Shown here piece by piece: positions 27,801-37,968 of a stretch of DNA of 64,000 nucleotides (position 1 is the first letter of the stretch; every line of letters begins with the position of its first letter). The DNA is taken from NCBI RefSeq assembly GCF_964355755.1, contig NC_092674.1, positions 5,022,001-5,086,000 of the forward strand, written 5' to 3'. The stretch comes from Antedon mediterranea (Eukaryota; Animalia; Echinodermata). The notes below the pieces were generated by a model that was not told the DNA's origin, did no database searches, and saw only the letters and a program-made list of their open reading frames with translations. Made by a program: the position numbers and the translations under genes.

Positions 27801-30800
27801 CAGCATTAAGATCATCATATACACGTTATATAACGATATGCCCATTGCCTCACACCATTGTAAACTGAAAATCATTTAGATAGTTTATTGCCCCACTTAA
27901 CACTGAATTTTTGTATCCAATACCACGATGCAAGTAACTTAACAATAATTAATGGAATATTTCTCTCAATAAAGCTTCCTAAAAGGTGTCCAATGATTCA
28001 CTCTATCGAGAGAAGGGTTGATGAGTAAATTGCTGAAGATCCAACACCATCAAAATCATTATGGATGCTCTTTAGCAGCCGAAGCGCTTCATTAAGTAGC
28101 CATGTCTTTGCAGGAAAATTAAATCATTATGAAATTCTTCATTTACTGGCAAATTGTTTATGATTTTTCTCAATAATAACTATATTTACAAGCTTTAAAA
28201 TTCTATTGTCATTTAAATATTAATAGGTGGTTCAAACTTAATTGTTTAAATTAAATATTTCTTATACTTTTGGAATAAACGACCTGGTCTATACAGTGAT
28301 CTTTAAAATAGCAATGAAGAATGAACGGCTTGAACTGGTTGTTCAAATTATACGAATTAGAAGTATCGTTGATGTTTTCATTCATTATCTTGCTGTAATA
28401 TTACTAACAATAAACACAATAGCAAAGACAAAATCATATATAAAATCAAGTTGAACATAGATATACAAACTAGAGATAGTTAAAAATTATAGATATAGTA
28501 TTATTGAGACAAATCATGAACAATTTGAGGGAATAAGTGTTAAATTAAGCGTTTTATAGAAACAGTACTTAATATAGGGCCCTTTAAAAATACTATTCAG
28601 TCATTGAGTTGTGTAAATAAAACTTGTTTGAATAACAATAAAATATAATGATGTATGGGAAAATGTCTGGGGGAAATTTCGTAGGGGGCTATGGTCCGGT
28701 GTCCAGGGGGGGAAATACAGGGGGGGGGGGAATATTCGGGGAAAATGTCCTAGAACCAATTTCACAACACTAGGTGCTTTATAAATCCAGGATATTATTG
28801 TTATTATTATTTATGTTTGAAACATGGTAAAAATAATGTTTTTATAGTAGCTGGACTATATACAAATATAAAGTCTTGAAAACCTAGCCTTTGATATTTA
28901 AGAAAAAAGTGGGTTAGGTGTTAATTGTACATTATTCACAAGCCTACACCGGGGACATGAAATAGGACAAAATTATGCACAACACATGATATGAAATCAA
29001 TCAAATGCCAATAATACACTTATTATAAAATGTGTTATTAAAACAGAAGTACAATTAAAGTGTATTCATCACATGTATCGCATGTTAAAATACAATAAAA
29101 GATAAATAATGAAATAATCAAAAAGAAGCTAAAAAAAGCTTGTAAAAAACTTGATACAATTTTATTTTATGTCTTTTATAGTTTTACTAAGGCACTATGA
29201 ATCGCTTAAAGAAAAACTTAAAGAGATTAAAAATAAAGGTAAGTTTAACACATTCAAAAGTAGCATTAGCATTTACAAAAATATTTATAAAAATTCTAAC
29301 TGTATTTGATTTCTTTTGATATGTGTAGGAGACCCTGAAATGCAGAAGAAAGAGCTACTTTTGTCAACTGAAGGTAGGTTTTGGAAACAATTACATATAC
29401 AACTAGAGGCCACTCAATCTCAGTTCAACATAAACATTTCCTTTTTTTTGTTATAGTTTTACAATGAATGTTAAGTTCAACAGAGTTGTGAAGCAAACTG
29501 TGACCGGTAGAAAATGAAATGATAATATTGTAAATAGTTTTTGTGGATTGTGACCACCTTTGACCCTACCACAAAATTCAACTACTGTTAGACGATGGAT
29601 AACAAGGCCATATACATGGCTGCAGTTGCATGCTCTCAAATTTGAGTTAGAGTGTGATTAAACATTTAATTTGGACAAATTTTGGGTGACAGATTATTGT
29701 GACTAAGTTTTGAATAAGTAAAGATAGGAAAAAAAAAGTATTTAAAAAATAAATATTTTGGAAGTTCCAAGAAATATGCTGTGTTTGACTTTTTTGGAAA
29801 GGTTTAGGAGGCCATGAAATACAGAAAGAAGAAATACTACTTGTTTCAACTGAAGGTAAGATTTAAAAAAAATTATATTAATAGTTCTAAAACCAGAGAA
29901 ATAAAGAATTTTAAACAAAAAAAAAAACCTCACCTCGCTCTGTGTAATAATATAATGTTTACACAACGTGCACACCAAAAATCATAATGCATACTGTGAA
30001 TAACGAAACAGGTCAATAAATTGAAATGTGTAAGAAGTGTAGAAGAATTACAATTTATAAGATTGTTGTAATATGATGCTAAATTTGGTTTTGGCTAGCT
30101 AAAGGAGACCATGAGAAACAAAAAGAAGAACTACATCTTTCAAAAGAAGGTGGGTTTAAACATAAATTATTTTATCGTACTGCAACATTTTATTGTGTCT
30201 GATCATTATCATAGCACACAATAATCATGATGTATGCTTATTTTGGAAATGGGCTGATGCTATCAAAATCATTTCCTTTCAACTGTCTCAAATATGTACC
30301 TTATCTGTCTCACACAGGATACAAACTGTAGTATAGTCACTGAGATTTTTTTCTCTATTTTTTAATGAGGATTTTAAAGACAATATCTTCCCCCTTCTTA
30401 CATGCCCTCTCATAATAATACTACTAATTATAAGAAGCAATTATTTATTAATTTCATAGGTGAACTTCTAAAAAATTATGAAAACTTTAAAGAGGAATTT
30501 CAAAAAAACTTTTATTCAAGTAAAGACCGTAAGTTTGTTAAACTAGCATTTGAAGCTTTAATAAGGGTGTCTAGAAAACTCAGATCTAGAAAACTCAGAT
30601 CTCAGATATATCTGAGTTTTCTAGACACCCAAGAATTTGTCATCTATTTGTTTGTGACAAAATTATGAATACAGTAACTTTGTTGCTTAATGGTCTGCAA
30701 ACATTTCCTATAAAAAAGATACTTTACATTCTGTGGTGCTAATGCATTTTTTTATTATAATGTTTAGGGCTAATGTTCTATCATTATTACATTACAATAA

Positions 30801-33800
30801 ACTATTTTGTAATTATAATTAGACAAACAACATAGCCATACATACGGTGACCATTGATTGAATTTTGAATTGATTTTTTATTCTAGTTATTTGTACTATT
30901 TCTTTTTTACAGAACAAATAGAAACGTATCTACTTAATAGACACCAGTGGCACAACATCAACAAATTTACACCAGAAATTTGTAATCCTGATTATGTAGT
31001 TGATGTAAATGATGTTTTCAGTGATTTGGAATTCTGGGAAAAGAAAAGAAACGAGCCTATAATGTTAGATGGTATGTTAAATGTTATCAAATCCAAACCA
31101 GCATGTAAAGTTCTTATAGAGAGTGAGATGGGTACTGGTAAAACGACTTTATTAAGGTACTTAGCATACAATGCCAAGGAGACCATTAAAGCCCTTGAAG
31201 GTAAAATCGTATTCCTTTTGAATGCAAGGGAGTTAGATACAAATGAGGGAATCTTAGATTTGATGGTAAAGCAACTGAAAATGAAAGATTTCAGTTCAAA
31301 GACCAATCTTCCACCTGATTCAAATTTGATTAAACGATTCATAGTAAATCATGTGGATAAAGTTGTGTTGATGTTAGACGGCTTTGAGGAATTAAGGTTT
31401 AAGAATACAAGCTTAATTACAATGTTGATAAAAGAAAACCTAGAGAAGAGCATTGTGATACTTACATCAAGGTCGGAGAACCTTGATGAATTCATAAAAG
31501 TGAGTGATATACATGTAAGAGTTGCTGGATTTAGTGAAGATTCCATAGGAAAGTATGTTGACAAACACTTTGCGTATTTTGGTAAACGAGAATTGGGAAA
31601 TTCCCTTAGAAAGGAATTGGGTATTGGCAAACAAGTTTTGAATCGTAAACACCCCAAAATGTTTTCATTGTGTAACAATCCCATGTTTCTTCTCACAGTT
31701 TGTATTTTGTGGGAAGATATGCGAAGTCTTCCTCATAATAATGCTGACATTGCTAAAGTATTATTTATTAATATTTTGAATCAGTTTAGAAAAGAGAACC
31801 CAAACATCTCTCAATTTCAGGAAATTCCATTGGAATATGAAAATTCTATGATTTTGTTAGGGAAAAGTATGTTTAACAGCTTAAAAGTAAACCACCTTTC
31901 AATAAGGAAAAAAGACCTTAACGCAATAGCAAACAAGGATATTGTTGACTTGGCTTTGAAACTTGGATTTGTTTATAGAGATGCACCAATTGGAAAATCT
32001 AACTTTGAAGTGATTTACATGCCTCTTCATAAATTAATAGGGGAGTCATTGGTAGGGTTTTACTTGTGCAAATTATGTGAAGCAGAAAGTGTGGAGTGCA
32101 CAAAGGATACACGAGAATTACTTACCCAATTGAGTGATGATGACTGGCAGATGATAAGAGAAAGTGAGCATTTAGAGAGGGCAAAACAGTTTGCAATTAA
32201 TTTCCTTGGTGGTGATGCGGATAAATTATTGAAGCATTGGATTACAGATAATATAACATATCAGGACCAATTTTTCCGCAGTTTTTATACGACTGTGTCA
32301 GCCAACTGCAAAGGACGAGTTCTTGCCCACATTTTAGGCCTTGCTAATGTGGTTAACTTTGACATGCATAATTCCAATCTAACAGGTGATATAATGAATG
32401 AAACGATTAGAGAGTGCTCTTATAGAGGATTTGAGTTGACAGTACATGCTCTAAATATTAGTGATAATTACTTTAGTGACATTGATGGTGTTTTACTAGG
32501 TAAGTTTTTGAGTATATCGCCTAACCTGATTAAACTTGGCATGCATGATTGTCAACTATTAGGTAATGTAATGAATGAAATGATGAGAGTGCATGCAAGA
32601 GATGAGTTAGAATTACAAGATCTTGATATTGCAAATAATGATATCAGTGACATAGATGGTACTTTACTTAGTACTTTCTTGAGGAAGTGTCCTAAGATGG
32701 TTAAACTTTACATTTCTAATTGCAAACTATCAGGTAATGTAATGAATGACATGATGAGAGTGCATGCAGTAGATGAGGTAGAATTACAAGAGCTTAATAT
32801 TAGGAATAATGATATAAGTGACATAGATGGTACTTTACTAGGTACTTTCTTGAATAAGTGTCCTAAGCTGGTTAAACTTTACATGTCTAATTGCAAACTG
32901 TCAGGTTATGTGATGAATGAAATGATGAGAGTGCATGCAAGAGATAAGTTAGAATTACAAGAGCTTAGTATTGGGAATAATAATATCAGTGACATAGATG
33001 GTACTTTACTAGGTACTTTCTTGAGTAAGTGTCCTAAGCTGGTTAAACTTCTCATGTATAATTGCAAACTATCAGGTAGCGTAATGAATGAAATGATGAG
33101 AGTGCATGCAAGAGATGAGTTAGAATTACAAGAGCTTAGTATTGGGAATAATAATATCAGTGACATAGATGGTACTTTACTCGGTACTTTCTTTAGTAAG
33201 TGTCTTACGCTGGTTAAACTTCTCATGTATAATTGCAAACTATCAGGTAATGTAATGAATGAAATGATGAGAGTACATGCAAGAGATAAGTTAGAATTAC
33301 AAGAGCTTGATATTGCAAATAATAATATCAGTGACATAGATGGTGCTTTACTAGGTACTTTCTTGAGTAAGTGTCCTAAGCTGGTTAAACTTTACATGTC
33401 AAATTGCAAACTGTCAGGTAATGTAATGAATGACATGATGAGAGTGCATGCAAGAGATAAGTTAGAATTACAAGAGCTTAGTATTGGGAATAATAATATC
33501 AGTGACATAGATGGTGCTTTACTAGGTACTTACTTGAGTAAGTGTCCTAAGCTGGTTAAACTTGGCATGTATAATTGCAAACTATCAGGTAATGTAATGA
33601 TTGAAATGATGAGAGCACATGCAAGAGATGAGTTAGAATTACAAGAGCTTTATATTTGGAATAATGATATCAGTGACATAGATGGTGCTTTACTAGGTAC
33701 TTTCTTGAGTAAGTGTTCTAAGCTGGTTAAACTTTACATGTCCAATTGCAAACTATCAGGTAATGTAATGAATGACGTGATAAGAGTGCATGCAAGAGAT

Positions 33801-34816
33801 AAGTAATGATATAAGTGACATAGATGGTACTTTACTAGGCACTTTCTTGAGTAAGTGTCTTAAGCTGGTTAAACTTCTCATGTATAATTGCAAACTATCA
33901 GGTAGCGTAATGAATGAAATGATGAGAGTGCATGCAAAATATAAGTTAGAATTACAAGGGCTTGATATTGGGAATAATGATATCAGTGACATACATGGTA
34001 CTTTACTAGGTACTTTCTTGAGTAAGTGTCCAAAGCTGGTTAAACTCCTCATGTATAATTGCAAACTATCGGGTAATGTAATGAATGAAATGATGAGAGT
34101 GCATGCAAGAGACAACTTAGAATTACAAAAGCTTGGTATTGCAAATAATGATATCAGTGACATAGATGGTGCTTTACTAGGTACTTACTTGAGTAAGTGT
34201 CCTAAGCTGGTTAAACTTCTCATGTATAATTGCAAACTATCAGGTAATGTAATGAATTACATGATGAGAGTACATGCAAGAGATGAGTTAGAATTACAAG
34301 AGCTTGATATTGCAAATAATGATATCAGTGACATAGATGGTGCTTTACTAGGTACTTACTTGAGTAAGTGTCTTAAGCTGGTTAAACTTCTCATGTATAA
34401 TTGCAAACTATCAGGTAATGTAATGAATGAAATGATAAGAGTGCATGTAAGAGATGATTTAGAATTACAAGAGCTTAGTATTGGGAATAATGATATCAGT
34501 GACATATATGGTGCTTTTAGGTACTTACTTGAGTAAGTGTCCTAAGCTGGTTAAACTTGTCATGTATAATTGCAAACTATCGGGTAATGTAATGAATGAA
34601 ATGATGAGAGTGCATGCAAGAGATGAGTTAGAATTACAAGAGCTTGATATTTGGAGTAATGATATCAGTAACATAGATGGTACTTTACTAGGTACTTTCT
34701 TGAGTAAGTGTCCAAAGCTGGTTAAACTTGGCATTTCTAATTGCAAACTACCAGGTAATGTAGCTAATATTGTGGTCAGAGAGTGTAATAATAGAAGAAT
34801 CATGTTAATAATGTAG
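6352..34816 (+). CDS. NLR (NACHT-LRR) receptor gene: death-fold x2, TRADD-N-like x2, micro-exon linker, NACHT, RI-like LRR array. About 1612 aa to the first stop (33806) if all exons are included; the ancestral stop is at 34816
   Basis: Exons with AG/GT boundaries, all phase 1 and in frame: 6352-6895, 7322-7654, 8379-8402, 8785-9117, 9493-9573, 15402-15479, 16061-16111, 16503-16565, 20705-20761, 22723-22785, 23238-23291, 29182-29238, 29329-29373, 29808-29855, 30105-30149, 30460-30528, 30913-33806(-34816). Joining all of them into one transcript is inferred. Confidence 0.78.
7322..7654 (+). CDS. NLR exon, TRADD-N-like domain copy 1 (333 nt)
   Basis: tttatag acceptor, G|gtaagc donor. TSLVFLLYITDQIGLSKIVDMHSSKELLRSLA aligns with exon 8785-9117. 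Confidence 0.65.
8785..9117 (+). CDS. NLR exon, TRADD-N-like domain copy 2 (333 nt)
   Basis: ttttaag acceptor, G|gtaagg donor. GSLVLYLAAYDSKALQDLWKMYSSQKLQSDL resembles the GSl....l..Lw..y.sg.L signature of invertebrate TRADD-like N domains (recognised by eye). Confidence 0.7.
9721..14846 (-). mobile_element. Tx1/L1-clade LINE, 5'-truncated in ORF1, with a 9-bp TSD
   Basis: ORF1 remnant with CCHC knuckles (GHKINEC, CHKCNMSGHFAKNC). ORF2 has an APE endonuclease (SLNVRG, FLQETH, NVYAPN, IGGDMN, SDH), RT (KSPGSDG, WRPITLLN, LDFAMAFD, GVRQGCPLS, QLADD) and a C-terminal Cys motif (CDRC...EEHMLLKC), with frameshifts near 13120 and 11009. 3' AATAAA and A-tail at ~9722-9760. aatatattg at 9712-9720 and 14847-14855. 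Confidence 0.93.
14028..14286 (+). mobile_element. tRNA-derived SINE (family A) inserted in Tx1 ORF1
   Basis: A box (tggcttggtgg), B box (ggttcaagtcc), 3' tail atccatcctgtaattggcgggttactcgctgttggatgagtatgaaat followed by poly(A). Removing it rejoins ORF1 in frame (QDQK-KMNEKKKQ). Confidence 0.88.
16810..17001. mobile_element. Harbinger-type MITE (192 bp)
   Basis: TIR agcctgttttcttgtcgacgtta... / ...taacgtcgacaggaaaacaggct, flanked by TAA on both sides. Confidence 0.85.
17372..18556. mobile_element. Non-autonomous TIR/foldback element with subterminal ccaaaatacgtcaacttgagggcgctatt repeats
   Basis: tcagtccaaaatacgc at 17372 and its reverse complement gcgtattttggactga at 18541-18556. About 7 direct ~55-bp repeats on the left, inverted copies on the right. 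Confidence 0.7.
17869..17980 (+). mobile_element. Short Helentron-associated (DINE-1/HINE-like) element
   Basis: tttttagtcgcgtggaagcgactcta...(gtcg/gtct)n...cacgcgact...ggccttgtt: subterminal inverted repeat agtcgcgtg/cacgcgact, GTCY microsatellite, T-rich ends. Confidence 0.75.
21448..22190 (+). mobile_element. Longer copy of the same HINE-like family
   Basis: Ends match 17869-17980, with ~580 bp of extra internal sequence and a duplicated tatagttcactatgtcggtc block. Confidence 0.78.
24262..25695 (-). mobile_element. RTE-type LINE, 5'-truncated, RT and C-terminus uninterrupted
   Basis: ORF 24324-25733 has LRPVVLLN, LDMSSAFDTV, GVPQGDCLSP, QYADD, FLGS, FQRKFLKRIIGIRW, RRLTWYGHLLR and KKPKGRPKTTW. 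The first ~13 ORF residues are flanking DNA. Confidence 0.9.
26178..27216. mobile_element. Mutator (MULE)-like non-autonomous element
   Basis: About 90-bp near-perfect TIRs starting gggtgtcacgaaa. 10-bp TSD caaattagca at 26168-26177 and 27217-27226. Confidence 0.9.
27238..27557 (+). mobile_element. tRNA-derived SINE (family B) with Deu/Nin-like central domain and (TCAA)n tail
   Basis: A box tggctgagcgg, B box ggttcgagg. Core tcggataaggactataaac..taggtcc...taaagaacc...gagtagggggttaccccggtgt resembles the DeuSINE/Nin core. Confidence 0.82.
30565..30630. repeat. 66-bp hairpin remnant with MULE-like GGGTGTC termini
   Basis: gggtgtctagaaaactcagat...atctgagttttctagacaccc. Confidence 0.6.
30913..34816 (+). 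CDS. NLR terminal exon: NACHT NTPase, helical domains and LRR array (frame breaks at ~33803 and ~34518)
   Basis: Walker A LIESEMGTGKTT, Walker B VVLMLDGFEEL, sensor-1 VILTSRS, VAGFS, NPMFL, winged-helix PLHKLIGESL, then LxxLxIxxN / LxxLxMxNC repeats. Confidence 0.93.
32440..34790 (+). repeat. Coding tandem array of 14 x 171-bp units (57 aa, one RI-like A/B LRR pair each)
   Basis: The anchor gacatagatgg (or close variants) recurs at 32478, 32649, 32820, 32991, 33162, 33333, 33504, 33675, 33817, 33988, 34159, 34330, 34501 and 34670. Confidence 0.95.
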
Positions 34817-36679
34817 TGTCATATCATTGAGAAGTAGGCATCTCAAAGTTGTATATTTCAGCACTTCTTATTGTATTACTGCCTGGAATAGACCCCATGA
34901 TAGACAATCCAGGTGTTTTTGTAGGCCAGACAACAGTTTGATTATACCATGGTATGATTATAGTATGATGTGAGTATTGTAGTAAATATAGTTACTAGTT
35001 ACTTTGGGTTATGTTTTTTTTAAACATTTTAAACATTAAACATAGTATTTATGTTGTTCAATAATGTTTTTTATTCTGTTTTATATATTGTTTTTAAACT
35101 GTGTATTTAGATGTTTTATTTTCTGGCAAATTGCTGACAGCTGACTCTTTCAAAACTGGACTGAATCTATTTGATTTTGAAATTCTTGTTTAGAGATTTT
35201 ATCATTTTTGATTGTATTTAATTTGTTTGTATATAAATGTTTTACTGAACCGTAAAACAATGTCTATCTATTCTATCTTTTTTTGGCTGAAATTGCATTA
35301 CTTCGTTGTAGAATGTTTGGCTACTATATATCGTATTAAGTGAGTGTGCTATTTAACTACATTGTATTTAAAGCATTTGTATGAGTCCTATGTTTCAGAA
35401 TGTGTTTGTAAAAATCAATCAATCTTTAGACTTGAACGCATTATATTAAATTTTGTTTGACATTATTTACATTTGTAATAATTTTATAATGATGTAAACA
35501 TTTTTTATGTATTTTTTTTGTTTATATATAAACTTATAATAATATAATATAATATTATAACAATGTGTTACTTTTATTACGTTTGAACATTGTGTGTATG
35601 TTTTTGTTTATAGTGGGATATAGCTATTTCTTATAGTTTTTAACTGATTGACTACAAATTTGTTTTGCTTATTACTATCACTAGTATTTAAGTTTTTGTT
35701 CTTAACTAACCAATGAATGAAAATCAACCCAAAACTGAAGATAGAAATGATAAAACGTTATCAATTAATTATCAAGTGTGGTTACAGTAGTTGGGTCATG
35801 GTTCATATAAGGATTTGTAGTTAGCAGTATTATGTAGGAAATATTTAATCCATAATAGTAGGTCTATAGTCATCTGTTTATTTTGAAATGTAGATGCTTC
35901 TGTAAATAAATGTCTTGATATACTGTATATTGAAATATTATGCACACATAATTATGTTGATATTTATCACTACAGTATTGTAATATAGTGTTAATGTTGA
36001 GGTACTAATGAAGACTCTTACTCGCTTAACTGTAGTAACACATATTGTTTATTCAATAATACGTTATATACTCAATACAATACAATACAATATAGAAACA
36101 GGATCGGAACAGAGGATAGAGTGATGCTGTCGGTGAGGTGTGAGGGTGTAGGTCTGCTTCTGAAGAAGTGGCTGTGAGGTGTGTCTGGGCTCTTCTGAAA
36201 CTTGGGGGTATATTGGCTTCGGTTCATTTGCATATGTCACTACGTAATCTGTGAGGGTAACGATTGGTCCTAAGTTGGTCCAGGGGTGTTTAAGTGGGAG
36301 TGATTGATCTTATCTGGGGAGGTTACAATGATGAATTGGCCCTGTCGAATCAGTCACAAAATTAAGCATTTTCTTTAGGGATTCTATTATAAACTAAATG
36401 GTCATTAAAACATCTGGACAAACTCTCCTCTGGACTTTCTGGGTCAAGTTCGTGAACTTATTTGAATTCTGATACAAAGGTCAATTTCTTAATTATAAAA
36501 GGATATCATTATATTACAGTATATACAATTATTATGTTGTAAATAAAAATTGAAATATTATAATAACAATTTATATTCTGGTTGTTTTATTACAATGTTG
36601 TTATAGATCTGTTATAGACTGGTTATTTTTACTCTATAACTCACTATGTCGGTCGGTAAACACAGTACAGTACAATTTC

Positions 36680-37175
36680 GTTCCCCCCACTGATGCCAGT
36701 CGCATCCAAGAGGCAGTCTTCTCTAGCATCCAAATATATGCTGGGTCCGACTGTTGAAGGGCTTCCTTGACTGGGTTAGCTTCTTAGCTTGACTAGGATC
36801 ACACTTAATTTGATCCATGGGTCACGATAGTATGGTTTTCGGGCTTTTGCAAAGAGCATTTGTTTTGTTAATGAGTTATTTGGTTCTCGAAAGATATGGG
36901 CTATGTACTTCAGGTAGTGAACATGTATATATTCTTTTAGTGGAGTTGCACCAATGATATTTTCAACATCTTTATTTGAGAACAGGAGACTGAAAATTCC
37001 ATCTTCTGTAGATATTGCTCTTGGTTCCCTGTAACCTTCGCTTCTTTACATTTATATCCCCCTCTTATCATCTGTCTCATGAGCGAGTACCAACATGTCT
37101 CCAATTTCTTTATTTCAGCTTCTTTTGGGTAACAGGCTTGTGTTGCATACACTAATCTTGATCTTACAATGGCCT
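36680..37175 (-). mobile_element. Decayed RTE-like LINE 3' fragment
   Basis: Peptide VRSRLVYATQACYPKEAEIKKLETCWYSLMRQMIRGG and a later YLKYIAHI, both typical of LINE ORF2 C-termini; frameshifted. Confidence 0.55.
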
Positions 37176-37556
37176 AGATACACATTAAAGTGTGACACCG
37201 ACTAGAAGGAAGAATTGGAAGGGAGAGAGGACAGGACCCTATGTATTAGCCCCACCCCTTATAAGCCAATCCTCACACACCCCTAACTTAAAATGCACAT
37301 GACTATTAAGTCAGTAGAGTTTTTCTTTATTAAAAATGTCATCGTCTCACTGCACAATATACATAATGTAAAATTAATGGCAATGTTCGTTTATATCAAC
37401 CACGATAGCTTTTTTCCAGCCGAATAAAAAATATCTGAATCCAGCACCGAGGCCGACAGATATGCATAGCCAGCCGTTGTACGTCATGAAGATAAGCATA
37501 AGGAAGTAACTGATTTGATGGTTACTTGGACATGTAAAAAAAGTCTGCAGAAAATG

Positions 37557-37648
37557 AGACTTCTTTCTAATGGCATTACCCCCACTGGTTGTGCAGTTTC
37601 TACCATATCACCTTCATGTACTGTTGCTGTGCAACTTGAAGTAGTTCA
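37557..37648 (+). pseudogene. Orphan copy of part of the ValRS-like exon 3119-3291
   Basis: About 90 bp nearly identical to 3207-3300 ([27 protein letters not shown]), including a degenerate donor gtagttca versus gtaagttca. Confidence 0.85.
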
Positions 37649-37656
37649 CATTTGTT

Positions 37657-37968
37657 ATGCAGTACACACCAATCGTCATGCAGTACACACCAATGGTCAT
37701 GCAGTACACACCAATGGTCATGCAGTACACTATGGAACGCCTCCTCTGCCTTCAGTTCACATTTATCATGCAGTACACACCAATCGTCATGCAGTACACA
37801 CCAATCGTCATGCAGTACACACCAATCGTCATGCAGTACACACCAATACATGCAGTACACACCAATTGTCATGCAGTACACACCAAACAACATGCAGTAC
37901 ACACCAATCGTCATGCAGTACACACCAATCGTCATGCAGTACACACCAATCGTCATGCAGTACACACC
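37657..37968. repeat. 21-bp minisatellite (atgcagtacacaccaatcgtc) upstream of SCLT1
   Basis: About 13 tandem units in two blocks; it generates the spurious MQYTPIV and HAVHTNR ORFs. Confidence 0.92.

Larger units (their letters stand above)
25820..28010 (-). mobile_element. Decayed LINE RT/C-terminal fragment, split by a Mutator-like element and a SINE
   Basis: Minus-strand peptides with stops and frameshifts: DRVNHWT..., KWGNKLS..FSVYNGVRQ, KYLGHILSYDLNDAHDIRRQ, and CIRAN|LLCRKFNKCSNEV...FKSYCSTMYCSSLW, which is contiguous across the 26178-27216 insertion. Confidence 0.75.

Noticed and set aside
10468-33806. Diversity-generating retroelement (RT next to variable repeats)
   Set aside because: The RTs are ordinary Tx1, RTE and CR1 LINE enzymes. 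There is no TR/VR pair, and LRR variation is not restricted to adenines.
32906-34803. Minus-strand repeat ORFs over the LRR array
   Set aside because: Antisense shadows of the coding repeat.
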